Positions 30,686 to 39,889 of a DNA stretch of 64,000 nucleotides are shown here, one piece after another. The notes under the pieces are model-generated. The model was not told the origin of the DNA and searched no databases. It was given only the letters and a program-made list of their open reading frames with translations. The stretch lies in contig DBPV01000119.1 of NCBI GenBank assembly GCA_002304995.1, positions 1,429 through 65,428 on the forward strand, given 5' to 3'. The stretch comes from Syntrophaceae bacterium UBA1411 (GTDB lineage Bacteria > Desulfobacterota > Syntrophia > Syntrophales > Smithellaceae). How positions within the stretch are numbered: the first letter of the stretch is position 1; every line of letters starts with the position of its first letter. A program made the position numbers and the translations under genes.

Positions 30686-30747
30686 ACAATGCACAGCCGG
30701 ACAGCGCAAAGGAAGGCCTGGTCCGGCCGGGAAGCAAGGGAAGTTAT

Positions 30748-31626
30748 TTGAGATACGAAGGCAATATTTTCCGGCCTTTCTCCGAGGCCGACAGCTATCT
30801 GCTGCAATGCACCATCGGTTGTTCCCACAATGCCTGCACGTTCTGCGGCATGTATAAAGACAAGAAATACCGCGTGCGTTCCATGTCCGAAATTCTGGAG
30901 GATATCCGTCTGGCGGGAAACTATTACCGCGATGCGGAAAAGGTTTTTCTCTGTGACGGCGATGCCATCGCCATCGAAACCGACGCGCTTTTGGAGATTC
31001 TCCGCGCGCTTTACGCGACGTTTCCGTCGCTGCGCCACGTCGGAAGCTATGTCGGGCCGCAAAGCACGCTCGGCAAGTCGCCGCAGGAGCTTGGCGCGCT
31101 TCGCAAAGCGGGTCTTACGAAAGCCTATATCGGCGTGGAGACGGGCGACGACGCTCTTCTGAAAAAAGTTAAAAAGGGCGCAGGGTACGACGAAATGCTC
31201 AAGGCCGGCCGTCTGCTCGTCGAGGCCGGCATCAATTTGTCCGCCATGGTCCTTCTGGGGCTGGCGGGGCCGGGAGAGCCTTCGCGGCGCCACGCGCTCG
31301 CCACCGCCCTGATCATCAACGAGATGAAGCCCCGGTATCTGGCCGCCCTGACCGTCACGCCCGTGCCGGGGACGGTTTTGTACCGTCAGGTGCAAAAGGG
31401 TGAATTTCAGCTGCTCGATCCTTTTGAAACCCTGGCCGAGATGAAAATGATTTTTGAAAACATCACGATGGATGATCTGAAATTCGTCGGCACGCACGCC
31501 TCGAACTACCTGCCCGTCACCGGCACGCTGCAAAAAGACAAAAGAAAAATGATCGCCCTGGTCGATCAGGTTCTGTCGTCCCGGGATCAGGCCCGGCTCC
31601 GGCCGGATTCCCTGCGCGGCCTCTAA
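30748..31626 (+). CDS. radical SAM protein (292 aa) with a CX4CX2C cluster motif
   Basis: GCSHNACTFCG near the N-terminus, GGE-like VFLCDGDA, TIM-barrel-like periodicity. The only in-frame start upstream of the motif and after the neighbour's stop is TTG 30748 (SD AAGGGAAG). The track ORF start at 30151 overlaps the previous gene. Confidence 0.72.
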   Translation: MRYEGNIFRPFSEADSYLLQCTIGCSHNACTFCGMYKDKKYRVRSMSEILEDIRLAGNYYRDAEKVFLCDGDAIAIETDALLEILRALYATFPSLRHVGSYVGPQSTLGKSPQELGALRKAGLTKAYIGVETGDDALLKKVKKGAGYDEMLKAGRLLVEAGINLSAMVLLGLAGPGEPSRRHALATALIINEMKPRYLAALTVTPVPGTVLYRQVQKGEFQLLDPFETLAEMKMIFENITMDDLKFVGTHASNYLPVTGTLQKDKRKMIALVDQVLSSRDQARLRPDSLRGL

Positions 31627-31628
31627 GC

Positions 31629-31682
31629 CACAGGGGCGGAAAACAGCCGCCCGCCGTTTTCCGCCCCTGTGTTTTTCTTTTG
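31629..31682 (+). terminator. intrinsic terminator
   Basis: Perfect 16-bp stem CACAGGGGCGGAAAAC-11 nt-GTTTTCCGCCCCTGTG followed by TTTTTCTTTT. Confidence 0.85.
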
Positions 31683-31698
31683 TCCGCTGACTCCTTCG

Positions 31699-32496
31699 TT
31701 ATCTTCCGTGATGCGGAGAATAAGGTTCGGGATGCGGCGGATGATAAGGTTCGTCATGCACTCCGGGCGTCGGAACGTAGGGTTTGGTGTCGCCGGGGGC
31801 CGGTTTGTACTGATCCAGCGTGTTGGTCATTCTGCCGCCTCCGTCCCGGGGCGTCTCGCGGCGCTGGAAAACGGCGGAGGCCGGATTGGTTTCCATTTTC
31901 AGGCTCTCGAGCTCGCCCGGAAGAATGTCCCGCACCTGCGGCTCCCCGTCGGGGCCGGAGATGAGCATGGCGCGGCCCTTCCCGATAGGTTGGATGTTCT
32001 GGGGCTTGCCGGGATTGTACCCGTAGCCGTCTCCCTCTTCAAAGAACGCGCCGGAGGCGCCGTTGAGATGCGTGTTGTAAAAAACGGTTCCCCGGACGCC
32101 GCAGACGGCGGTCGCGGTATGGACTTCATAGCGGCCGCCCGCGCCGACGGATTTGACGGTATTCTGGATTTTGCCCCGCAGCAGATTCAGCACGCTGACG
32201 TTTCGATCCTTGCCGGACATGTAATCGGTGATTTTCAGCCGCGTGTTTTCCGCCAGACGCAGGATGTTTCCGTTGGCGAAGGAAATTTCCGCCTTGGCTT
32301 TGCTCTTGGTGCGAAGAATATCGCCGACGTTGACCGCGTCGCCGGCGGCCACGGCTCTGGCTTCAGTTGCGCCCGCGGGCGTGAGATCGACCTTACCGAC
32401 CACCGTTGTGACTATTCCGACCGGCGCGGCCCAGGCCAGCGTCGCGAAAAAAAGAACGGCAATCATCCATCCGGTTGTCACAGCAAACTTTTTCAT
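31699..32496 (-). CDS. FecR-domain protein (secreted) with a His/Pro-rich C-terminus
   Basis: ATG 32496 with SD AGGAGG. Signal peptide MKKFAVTTGWMIAVLFFATLAWA. FecR-like block GKVDL...GDAVNVGDILRTKSKAKAEISFANGNILRLAENTRLKI. Tail HDEPYHPPHPEPYSPHHGR. Confidence 0.7.
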   Translation of the reverse strand: MKKFAVTTGWMIAVLFFATLAWAAPVGIVTTVVGKVDLTPAGATEARAVAAGDAVNVGDILRTKSKAKAEISFANGNILRLAENTRLKITDYMSGKDRNVSVLNLLRGKIQNTVKSVGAGGRYEVHTATAVCGVRGTVFYNTHLNGASGAFFEEGDGYGYNPGKPQNIQPIGKGRAMLISGPDGEPQVRDILPGELESLKMETNPASAVFQRRETPRDGGGRMTNTLDQYKPAPGDTKPYVPTPGVHDEPYHPPHPEPYSPHHGR

Positions 32497-32538
32497 GAAC
32501 AGATCCTCCTTATTCCTGACAAGGCGTGCCACGTCTTG

Positions 32539-34125
32539 CTATATTTTAAATTCGATGCCCGCGGTCCAGATATGATCGTCGTAAGTGAAAACCGGCATAT
32601 TGGAGTCGGAGCGGATGAATTTGTACTGCAGCACCAGCCCCAGGTTCTTCACAATTTCCCAGTTTAAACCGACGGACGCGTCATAGAGGCGGTCTCTTCT
32701 TTTTTCCGTTGTGAACACCAGATCGTCATTGAGAAAATTTCGTTCGTAGGTGTAGTTTGCAAAGCTGAATCCGCAGGCGGCCTGCACGTAGAGGCCGCCG
32801 GCTTTTGCCGCGACGGCGGCGGGCAGGACAGGGATGTTCACGCTGGCGGAGAGCCGATGCAGCTTGTTGTCCCAGTATACGCCGTCGGTGCGGTCCTCGT
32901 TGTAATCGTAGCGCGCGGACACAAATCCCCGGGGAAGGAAAAACCAGGTCCAGCTGAGATAGGCGCGCGGACCGACGGCGTCGCGGTTTTCGGCGGCGAC
33001 CGTCAGGTTCTGGTGGTAAAACTCTTTCTTGTCGTAGCCCAGAAAGACTTCCAGAATGTTGTTGGGCGTCGCCAGAAGCTTAAAGACGGCGCCGGTCGTC
33101 ACGTATTCCAGGTATCTTTTCAAATTGGCGTTTTCATCCGGAAACATATCCGGGTCAGTCCGGAGCAGATAGCTCGTGTAGGCGGCCAGCAGGCTCACCG
33201 AAAACCGGCCGAAATTGTAGCCCGGCAAAACCGCGACCGTGTGCGACATCGCGTCTTCGGAATGGACGAAGGACGAATGGTAGGCGGCATTGAAAGCGTA
33301 GAGCGCGGAAAGGAGCCACGGGCCTTCGAAGCGGGGAGCAAATTCCACGCGCAGGGACGGTTTGAAAAAAGCGCTGCCGGGGCTGCCGATGCCCGGAGCA
33401 AACGTGTCGTTGCGCGGCTTCAAAATCAGGTTGGAGTCGTAGCCTCCGTACAGCCCCAGTGTGACGCGCAGCGGGCGGGTCGGAAAAAGGCCTTCGTCGA
33501 TGGCTTCCTGGTAGCGGCGGGCGTTGGCCGCCAGATCCGAGGCGGGATCATAAACGACGGCCGCCTTGAACCGTTCCCTGGCCTTTTCCAGTTCGTTTTG
33601 GTTGTAATGGCAAAGGCCGATGGCGTAATCAGCCGACTGCGCGAGTTTCGGATCGAGCTGCCTGGCCTTTTCGAGCGGGGCGATTGCGTCCGCGCACCGG
33701 TTTTTCTTGATGAGAACCATTCCTTTCCAGTAGGCGGTGTTGGCCGGATCGCTGTTTTCCTTTTCGGCTTTTTCGATCCATTGTTCGGCCTGGTCCAGGC
33801 GGTCGAGCAGGTACAGGACGCTGATGTACTGGGACAGGGCGTCTTTGACCGGCGGCGCCAGCATCATGGCGTCTTCCAGATGGGGAAGCGCCTTATCATA
33901 TTCGGTCGTTTGCTTGTAGGCCATGCCGAGGTAGTAGGCGGCGGCGGATGACTGCGGCTGGCCGGCCCTGGCTTTTTTGAGGAGCTCAATCGCTTCGTCG
34001 TAGTTTTCTGCGGCGTATTGCTTGATGCCCTGATCCAGGTCGTCGCCGGCCGGCCGGCCGTAACCGGCCGCGGCAAAAAAGAGGCATAAAAAACAAACGA
34101 CAAGAAATACCGATTTTTTTTGCAT
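32539..34125 (-). CDS. outer-membrane protein: N-terminal TPR repeats + C-terminal beta-barrel
   Basis: Signal peptide MQKKSVFLVVCFLCLFFAAAGYG. At least four TPR units (e.g. AAYYLGMAYKQTTEYDKALPHLEDA). The C-terminal ~300 aa show alternating hydrophobic/aromatic beta-strand patterns. Confidence 0.7.
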   Translation of the reverse strand: MQKKSVFLVVCFLCLFFAAAGYGRPAGDDLDQGIKQYAAENYDEAIELLKKARAGQPQSSAAAYYLGMAYKQTTEYDKALPHLEDAMMLAPPVKDALSQYISVLYLLDRLDQAEQWIEKAEKENSDPANTAYWKGMVLIKKNRCADAIAPLEKARQLDPKLAQSADYAIGLCHYNQNELEKARERFKAAVVYDPASDLAANARRYQEAIDEGLFPTRPLRVTLGLYGGYDSNLILKPRNDTFAPGIGSPGSAFFKPSLRVEFAPRFEGPWLLSALYAFNAAYHSSFVHSEDAMSHTVAVLPGYNFGRFSVSLLAAYTSYLLRTDPDMFPDENANLKRYLEYVTTGAVFKLLATPNNILEVFLGYDKKEFYHQNLTVAAENRDAVGPRAYLSWTWFFLPRGFVSARYDYNEDRTDGVYWDNKLHRLSASVNIPVLPAAVAAKAGGLYVQAACGFSFANYTYERNFLNDDLVFTTEKRRDRLYDASVGLNWEIVKNLGLVLQYKFIRSDSNMPVFTYDDHIWTAGIEFKI

Positions 34126-34297
34126 GACTTTCCTCCCTTAGGGTCTGAATACCGCGTCACGGGTCCTTTGCCGGCCCTGTGGCGGACATTACTTGTACGA
34201 AAACAGTCATTTTTGCTGCCCGTGAAATGCCGATTCGTGGCATGGGGAAGACAAAAGAAACACCTGTCTGAATGTCTTTGCGTCGTGTTGCCGAAAC

Positions 34298-35473
34298 TTA
34301 TTTCAGGAAGAGGTAGTAAAGTTTCCCCTCCCGGTAAGTTCCGCCGGCCAGTTCGCCGGCGCGGTCACCCGTGCCCATGTAAACGTCGCAGCGGCCCGCC
34401 GCGCGGATGGCGCCCCCCGTATCCTGGTCCAGGGCAAAACCCACGGGCGCCTCCAGGTTGACGGCGGCAAAGGCGAACATGGCCCGGGGATAAATGGCTT
34501 TGTCGGTGGCCAGCGTCCGGAAGGGCGTGACCGGCTCGTTGAGCGATCCCCGCGGATTGCCCGCCTCCGGCCGGAAAAAAACGAAGCGGGGATTCTGGTG
34601 GACATAGCGGTCGACATCCTCGGGATGGGCCTTGAAGTAGGCGATCATGGCCCGGAGATTGATATCCCCGGCGGAAATTTTTCCGTCCGCGATCATCTGG
34701 TGGACGATGCCTTTATACTCCCAGCCGTTGTGCGCTTCGTAGCCGAACGTTTCGACGCGGCCGTCGGGCAGGCGGATACGGGCCGAGCCCTGGACGTGGA
34801 CAATGTAAACCTCAAACGGATCGGCAAGCCAGACGATTTCGTTTCCGGCAAACGGATTGGTCCTCGCGATTTCGGCCCGGTCCGGCACCCTTGCGATTTT
34901 TCCGTCGGGCGTCCTCAAGCCTTTTATGGTTCCGTCCGGCTCTTTTTCCAGATTGGCCGGCGATTTGTACAGCGGATAGCGGAAGCGGTCGGTCCGGGTC
35001 GGCGATCCGTCGAAAACCGGCGTGTAGTAGCCGGTGAAAAGAACGGTGCCCCGGTCGTCGCAGCCGACGGAGATGTAGGTGTCGAATTTTTCCCGCAGAA
35101 TGCGGTTCATCCGCTCGGGCGGCAGACCCGCCGCGACGAGTTGCTTTAGTTCCTGAAGGGTTTTCACCGCCCGCTCGTGTGTAATTTCCCCGTAGGGGTA
35201 AAAGGTTTTACTCGAAGGCTTGGCCAGATATCGAAGGCTGTGGTCGATGGCCTGCGCCAGTCCATCCAGCTGCGAACAGGCTTTCGTGTAATCGGGGATT
35301 CTGGCCGGATCGGAAATTTTGCGAAGCGCCAGTTCGCCGTCCGGCAGCGGACGGGTGTAGTCCTTGGGCAGCTCCGGCGGTTCCATTAAGACAGTGCTGC
35401 GCTTTTGGCAGCCGGTCCAGGCGCCGAGGGCCGCCGCCAAAAGCAGGACTAGAAAAAAGGTTCGCAGTTTCAT
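34298..35473 (-). CDS. mltA: membrane-bound lytic murein transglycosylase A
   Basis: Lipoprotein signal LLAAALGAWTGC. MltA-specific region TGYYTPVFDGS. 3D-domain end GGAIRAAGRCDVYMGTGDRAGELAG. Confidence 0.88.
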   Translation of the reverse strand: MKLRTFFLVLLLAAALGAWTGCQKRSTVLMEPPELPKDYTRPLPDGELALRKISDPARIPDYTKACSQLDGLAQAIDHSLRYLAKPSSKTFYPYGEITHERAVKTLQELKQLVAAGLPPERMNRILREKFDTYISVGCDDRGTVLFTGYYTPVFDGSPTRTDRFRYPLYKSPANLEKEPDGTIKGLRTPDGKIARVPDRAEIARTNPFAGNEIVWLADPFEVYIVHVQGSARIRLPDGRVETFGYEAHNGWEYKGIVHQMIADGKISAGDINLRAMIAYFKAHPEDVDRYVHQNPRFVFFRPEAGNPRGSLNEPVTPFRTLATDKAIYPRAMFAFAAVNLEAPVGFALDQDTGGAIRAAGRCDVYMGTGDRAGELAGGTYREGKLYYLFLK

Positions 35474-35598
35474 AACCGGCAGAATAAGACAAGAAGCACG
35501 CGGTTGTCAAAAGAAAAATGCCGCAGGCCCTCATCCGGCCCGGCGAAAAAGGCGCTTCGCGCCCGGGCGGCGCGCGCAGAGGAATTCCGCGCGAGGAT

Positions 35599-35874
35599 TT
35601 ACGTCATGTTGATCGTGTGGAGATTCAACAGGAAGTCCTTGAATTTGTCTTTTGTCGTCGGTTTGATCGACTCGAGCCGGACGACCACGGCCTTGTTGTA
35701 AAACATGAAACCGTCTTCGATTCTTTCCGGATTATCGTCATCGTCAATGAACCGCGCCATGAACTGCATGGCCGATTTTTTTGCTTCGGCTTCGTTTTCC
35801 GCCGTGATCAGGTAATGATGGCGGCGAATGTCTTCATCTTCTCTCTCGCTGATTTTAATCCAGTAATCTGGCAT
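35599..35874 (-). CDS. hypothetical acidic protein (91 aa)
   Basis: Clean ORF with an ATG start, in an otherwise empty intergenic gap. I recognised no family. Confidence 0.5.
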   Translation of the reverse strand: MPDYWIKISEREDEDIRRHHYLITAENEAEAKKSAMQFMARFIDDDDNPERIEDGFMFYNKAVVVRLESIKPTTKDKFKDFLLNLHTINMT

Positions 35875-36028
35875 GCTGCTCTCCTGTAACGTCGATATGC
35901 AAAAACTTTTTCCCTTTGGGGCTTGTAAAGCATCCTACTTTAATCCCCCGAAAATGAAAAGGGGAACTTGCAACCGCAGCGTGAAAACGGCCGGTTTGGT
36001 CCGTCCGCCGCCCAGCGGTATCGGCCGT

Positions 36029-36673
36029 TTATCTTGTCTGCAGGCCTGTTTTTCTCTCGATTTCCTCGCGGGAAACGCGTCCCGGCCGGAGAATGACAGG
36101 TTTGTCTCCGGTGGCGTCGATTATCGTCGAACCGACCGGTCCGCCTTTTTCACCCAGGTCGACAACGGCGTCGATGCGATCGCCGATCTGATCCTGCACC
36201 GCATCCGCCTCCCGGCACTCCGGGGCGCCGGAAAGATTGGCGCTGGTCGCGGTGATCGGCCTTCCGGCTTTCAGCGCCAGGCGTCTGGCAAATTCGTGGC
36301 CGGAAAGCCGGATGCCGATCCGGCCGGTTCCCGCCGTAAGTCGCGCCGATACGCCCTTCGACGCCGGAAAGACGATCGTCAGCGGTCCCGGCCAGAAGGC
36401 GTCCATCAGCTTTTGCGCCGCCTCCGGAACGGAGCCGACCAGGCCCGGCAGCTGATCCGCGCTGCCGATGATCACGGAAACGGGATGGTTGAAGCCGCGT
36501 CCCTTGATGGCAAAGAGCCTCTCCACGGCCGCTTCGTTCCAGGCGTCCACTCCCAGGCCGTAGAAGGTTTCGGTGGGATAGGCCAGCGCGCCGCCCGCGA
36601 GGATCACGGAAGCGGCGCGTTCGAGGAGGTTTTCAAAAGAACCGTCCGGCGCGCGTTTCAGGACAGGGGCCAT
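36029..36673 (-). CDS. tsaC: L-threonylcarbamoyladenylate synthase (YrdC/TsaC/Sua5 family)
   Basis: GGALAYPTETFYGLG, ...LTIV..., SANLSG motifs. 214 aa, the short YrdC type. Confidence 0.88.
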   Translation of the reverse strand: MAPVLKRAPDGSFENLLERAASVILAGGALAYPTETFYGLGVDAWNEAAVERLFAIKGRGFNHPVSVIIGSADQLPGLVGSVPEAAQKLMDAFWPGPLTIVFPASKGVSARLTAGTGRIGIRLSGHEFARRLALKAGRPITATSANLSGAPECREADAVQDQIGDRIDAVVDLGEKGGPVGSTIIDATGDKPVILRPGRVSREEIERKTGLQTR

Positions 36674-37179
36674 TTGAGCTTTTCCTGCTTGGCTTCCACG
36701 TCCCGTGCCATTTTGCCGATGTAGGCGTCGAGTTTCTGTGCCATTTTTTTATCGGCCAGCGAAAGCATCCGGACGGCGAAGAGAGCGGCGTTTTTCGCGC
36801 CGGCCTTGCCGACGGCCATGGTCGCGACGGGAATGCCGCCGGGCATCTGCACCGTGGCCAGAAGCGCGTCGAGTCCGCCCAGCGACGTCGCGTCAATGGG
36901 AACGCCGATGACCGGCAGCGGCGTGTGCGAGGCGATGACGCCCGCCAGATGCGCGGCGGCGCCCGCTCCGGCGATGATGATTTTTATGCCCCGGCCGCGG
37001 GCCTCGGCGGCGTAACGGGCCGTGCGCGACGGCGCGCGGTGCGCCGACGTCAGGACGAGCTCAAAGCCGATGCCGAATTCTTCGAGAATCTTGGCGGCTT
37101 CGCCCATCACCGGCAGATCCGAGTCGCTGCCCATGACGACGCTGACCACAACTTTGTTCCTGGCGTTTTTGGCTCTCAT
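36658..37179 (-). CDS. purE: 5-(carboxyamino)imidazole ribonucleotide mutase
   Basis: [33 protein letters not shown] motifs. I trimmed the start to ATG 37179. It overlaps the tsaC start by 16 nt. Confidence 0.92.
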   Translation of the reverse strand: MRAKNARNKVVVSVVMGSDSDLPVMGEAAKILEEFGIGFELVLTSAHRAPSRTARYAAEARGRGIKIIIAGAGAAAHLAGVIASHTPLPVIGVPIDATSLGGLDALLATVQMPGGIPVATMAVGKAGAKNAALFAVRMLSLADKKMAQKLDAYIGKMARDVEAKQEKLKWPLS

Positions 37180-37293
37180 GGAGGCTCCCAAGACAGAGTA
37201 AACCTGACGCTTGCCCGTCACGTTCCCCGTGTACTTTGCAAATTTTTCCGTCCCTTAACCCATCGGGTCTCGTTTTGCAAGATGGTTTTTGCC

Positions 37294-37322
37294 TTGACAG
37301 GGCAGGTGTTAGCCTTTAAAGT
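37294..37322 (+). promoter_or_regulatory. candidate sigma-70 promoter for the cyclophilin gene
   Basis: TTGACA-17 nt-TAAAGT, 28 nt upstream of the ATG at 37350. Confidence 0.5.
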
Positions 37323-37349
37323 CTTTTCACCATTTTAAAGGAGACTCTT

Positions 37350-37889
<540 letters not shown>

Positions 37890-37917
37890 AGCGCCGCCGA
37901 TCGGCGCGACCGGAGCA

Positions 37918-38970
37918 ATGCTTGTGCGTCCTGTAACAAAAACGCCCGCCCGGATAGTGGAGACCGGCGGGCGCATTCATTTTGGAACATTCGACACGCC
38001 GTTTACGAAGGCCAATCTTCTCGATGCGCCGCTGTATGCGCTGCCCGCGCCGCGTTTCTGGAAAAACTTTCGTCTGAAGGAATGGCAGCATTACGGCGTC
38101 ATCACGCCTTCGCACTATTTCGGCATGGTCATTTTCGACGCCAAATTCACGGCCCTTTCCTTTTTCTACCTTTACGACCGGCAAAGCAAGACGCGCCTGG
38201 AATACGCGCGGCAGATCTTTCCCGGCAAAGCCGTCCGCGTCGCCGCCGATATGTATGACGACCTCTGCCGGTTCGATGCCGAGGGGTACCGTCTGCGCTT
38301 TGAAAACGCCCTCGGCCGCGGCAGGCACACGCTTGTCGTCGATATCCGGGGCGGCGCTTCCCGGCCCGCCGTTCGGGGGGAAATAACGGTTTTTGAGGAT
38401 TTGGACGTTTTTGCGCCGCTGGTGCAGGTGTCCCCGATCACGCCGCGGCGTCCCTTCTATACGCACAAGGCGGCCGTGCCGGCCGCGGGCCTGGTGCAGG
38501 TGGGATCCCGGGAGATTGTTCTTCGGCGCACCGACTGCGTCGCTTTGATCGACGAACAGAAAACCTACTATCCCTATCGCAGTTTCTGGAAATGGGCGAC
38601 AGCGGCGGGCTTCAGCCCCGACGGGAAACTTTGGGGATTCAATCTCTGCCGCAACCTGATCGCCGATGACGAGGACGCCAATGAAAACTGCTTCTGGATG
38701 GACGGGCGCCTTGTGCCGCTCAAGGCGGCGCGGTTCGAATTCGGTGACGTGATGAAGCCCTGGCGGGTGAAAACCACCGACGGACGCCTGGAGGTGCTGT
38801 TTGAACCGCTGGGCGAGAGGGCCGGCAAGGTCAACACGGCCGGTATTATCCGCTCCGATTTTCATCAGCCCTTCGGTATCTACAGCGGCCGCTTTGCCGG
38901 CGGGGGGGCCGTCGGGCAAACCTTCTCGAACCTTTTCGGCCTGGCGGAGCACCACGTCACGCGGTATTAG
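37918..38970 (+). CDS. hypothetical protein, probably DUF2804 family
   Basis: I trimmed the start to ATG 37918, past the ppiB stop. Beta-rich and about 350 aa. The family call is from memory of similar sequences and is unverified. Confidence 0.5.
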   Translation: MLVRPVTKTPARIVETGGRIHFGTFDTPFTKANLLDAPLYALPAPRFWKNFRLKEWQHYGVITPSHYFGMVIFDAKFTALSFFYLYDRQSKTRLEYARQIFPGKAVRVAADMYDDLCRFDAEGYRLRFENALGRGRHTLVVDIRGGASRPAVRGEITVFEDLDVFAPLVQVSPITPRRPFYTHKAAVPAAGLVQVGSREIVLRRTDCVALIDEQKTYYPYRSFWKWATAAGFSPDGKLWGFNLCRNLIADDEDANENCFWMDGRLVPLKAARFEFGDVMKPWRVKTTDGRLEVLFEPLGERAGKVNTAGIIRSDFHQPFGIYSGRFAGGGAVGQTFSNLFGLAEHHVTRY

Positions 38971-39081
38971 GGCGGGCGAAAGTTTCCGGAACCTTTCCGA
39001 GTTCGCTTTTGCGCCGCCGGCCGCGGCCGGAACAAAAAAGGGGCGGCCCGCCGCCGAAAAACAGCCAATTCCCGAATCCAG

Positions 39082-39110
39082 TTGACAGACGGTAATTCTC
39101 TTCATATACT
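39082..39110 (+). promoter_or_regulatory. candidate sigma-70 promoter for the purO-like/purH operon
   Basis: TTGACA-17 nt-TATACT, 48 nt upstream of the ATG at 39158. Confidence 0.6.
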
Positions 39111-39157
39111 CGCGCCGCAAAAAACATATCTTATCCATCCGAGGAGAAACGGTCATC

Positions 39158-39886
39158 ATGAAACTGAACTTATACGAGTATCTGGCCGGGAACGACTATC
39201 CTGGCCGCGGCATCTGCATCGGCAAAACGCCGGGCGGCAAAGCCCTGATCGCTTACTTTATCATGGGCCGCAGCGCCAACAGCCGCAACCGCGTGTTCGA
39301 CCCCGTCGACGGCGGCATCCGCACAAAAGCGGCGGACCCGTCCAAAATGACGGATCCGCACCTCATCATCTACAATCCCGTTCTGACGTTTGCCCAAACG
39401 ACGATTGTGACCAACGGCGACCAGACCAATACCATTTATGATTTTCTGGCCGCGAACCGCCATTCCGGCTACAACTTCGAAGCGGCGCTGGCCACGCGCA
39501 CGTTTGAAGACGACAAACCCAACTGGACGCCCCGCATTTCCGGCGTGGTCGATATGGGCGGCGGCGCCTACAAACTCAGCATTCTGAAGAGCTGCAGCGG
39601 AAATGAAAACAGCGTTTTGCGCTTTACGTTTGATTATCCGGAGCCGCTCGCGGGCCTCGGGCATTTCATCAGCACGTACAAGTGCAACGGCAGTCCGATT
39701 CCCAGTTTCGAAGGCGAGCCGCTCGGCGTGGCGATCGACGAAGAAGACCCCAACGCGTTTGCCGGAAAGCTCTGGGAAGCGCTCAACGATGACAACAAAG
39801 TGAGCCTTTTTGTGCGCGCGATCGATCCGGCGACGCAAAACACCGAGGATGTTCTCATCAATAAATATAAGACGGTGGAGGGATAA
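39158..39886 (+). CDS. purO: IMP cyclohydrolase, PurO-like (archaeal-type)
   Basis: N-terminal YPGRGICIGKTPGGKALIAYFIMGRSANSRNRVF resembles the IMP_cyclohyd (PurO) family. It sits immediately upstream of an AICARFT-only purH. Confidence 0.7.
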   Translation: MKLNLYEYLAGNDYPGRGICIGKTPGGKALIAYFIMGRSANSRNRVFDPVDGGIRTKAADPSKMTDPHLIIYNPVLTFAQTTIVTNGDQTNTIYDFLAANRHSGYNFEAALATRTFEDDKPNWTPRISGVVDMGGGAYKLSILKSCSGNENSVLRFTFDYPEPLAGLGHFISTYKCNGSPIPSFEGEPLGVAIDEEDPNAFAGKLWEALNDDNKVSLFVRAIDPATQNTEDVLINKYKTVEG

Positions 39887-39889
39887 CCC

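Noticed and set aside
30151-30747. N-terminal 199 codons of the 491-aa track ORF. Analogous over-extended starts occur at 22724-23011, 17636-17875, 48709-48795, 13084-13191, 44655-44738 and 61449-61577.
   Set aside because: These extensions overlap the preceding gene or intergenic hairpins, are Arg/Gly/Pro-rich, and are followed by an internal start with a proper SD where family homology begins. I trimmed the CDS calls accordingly.
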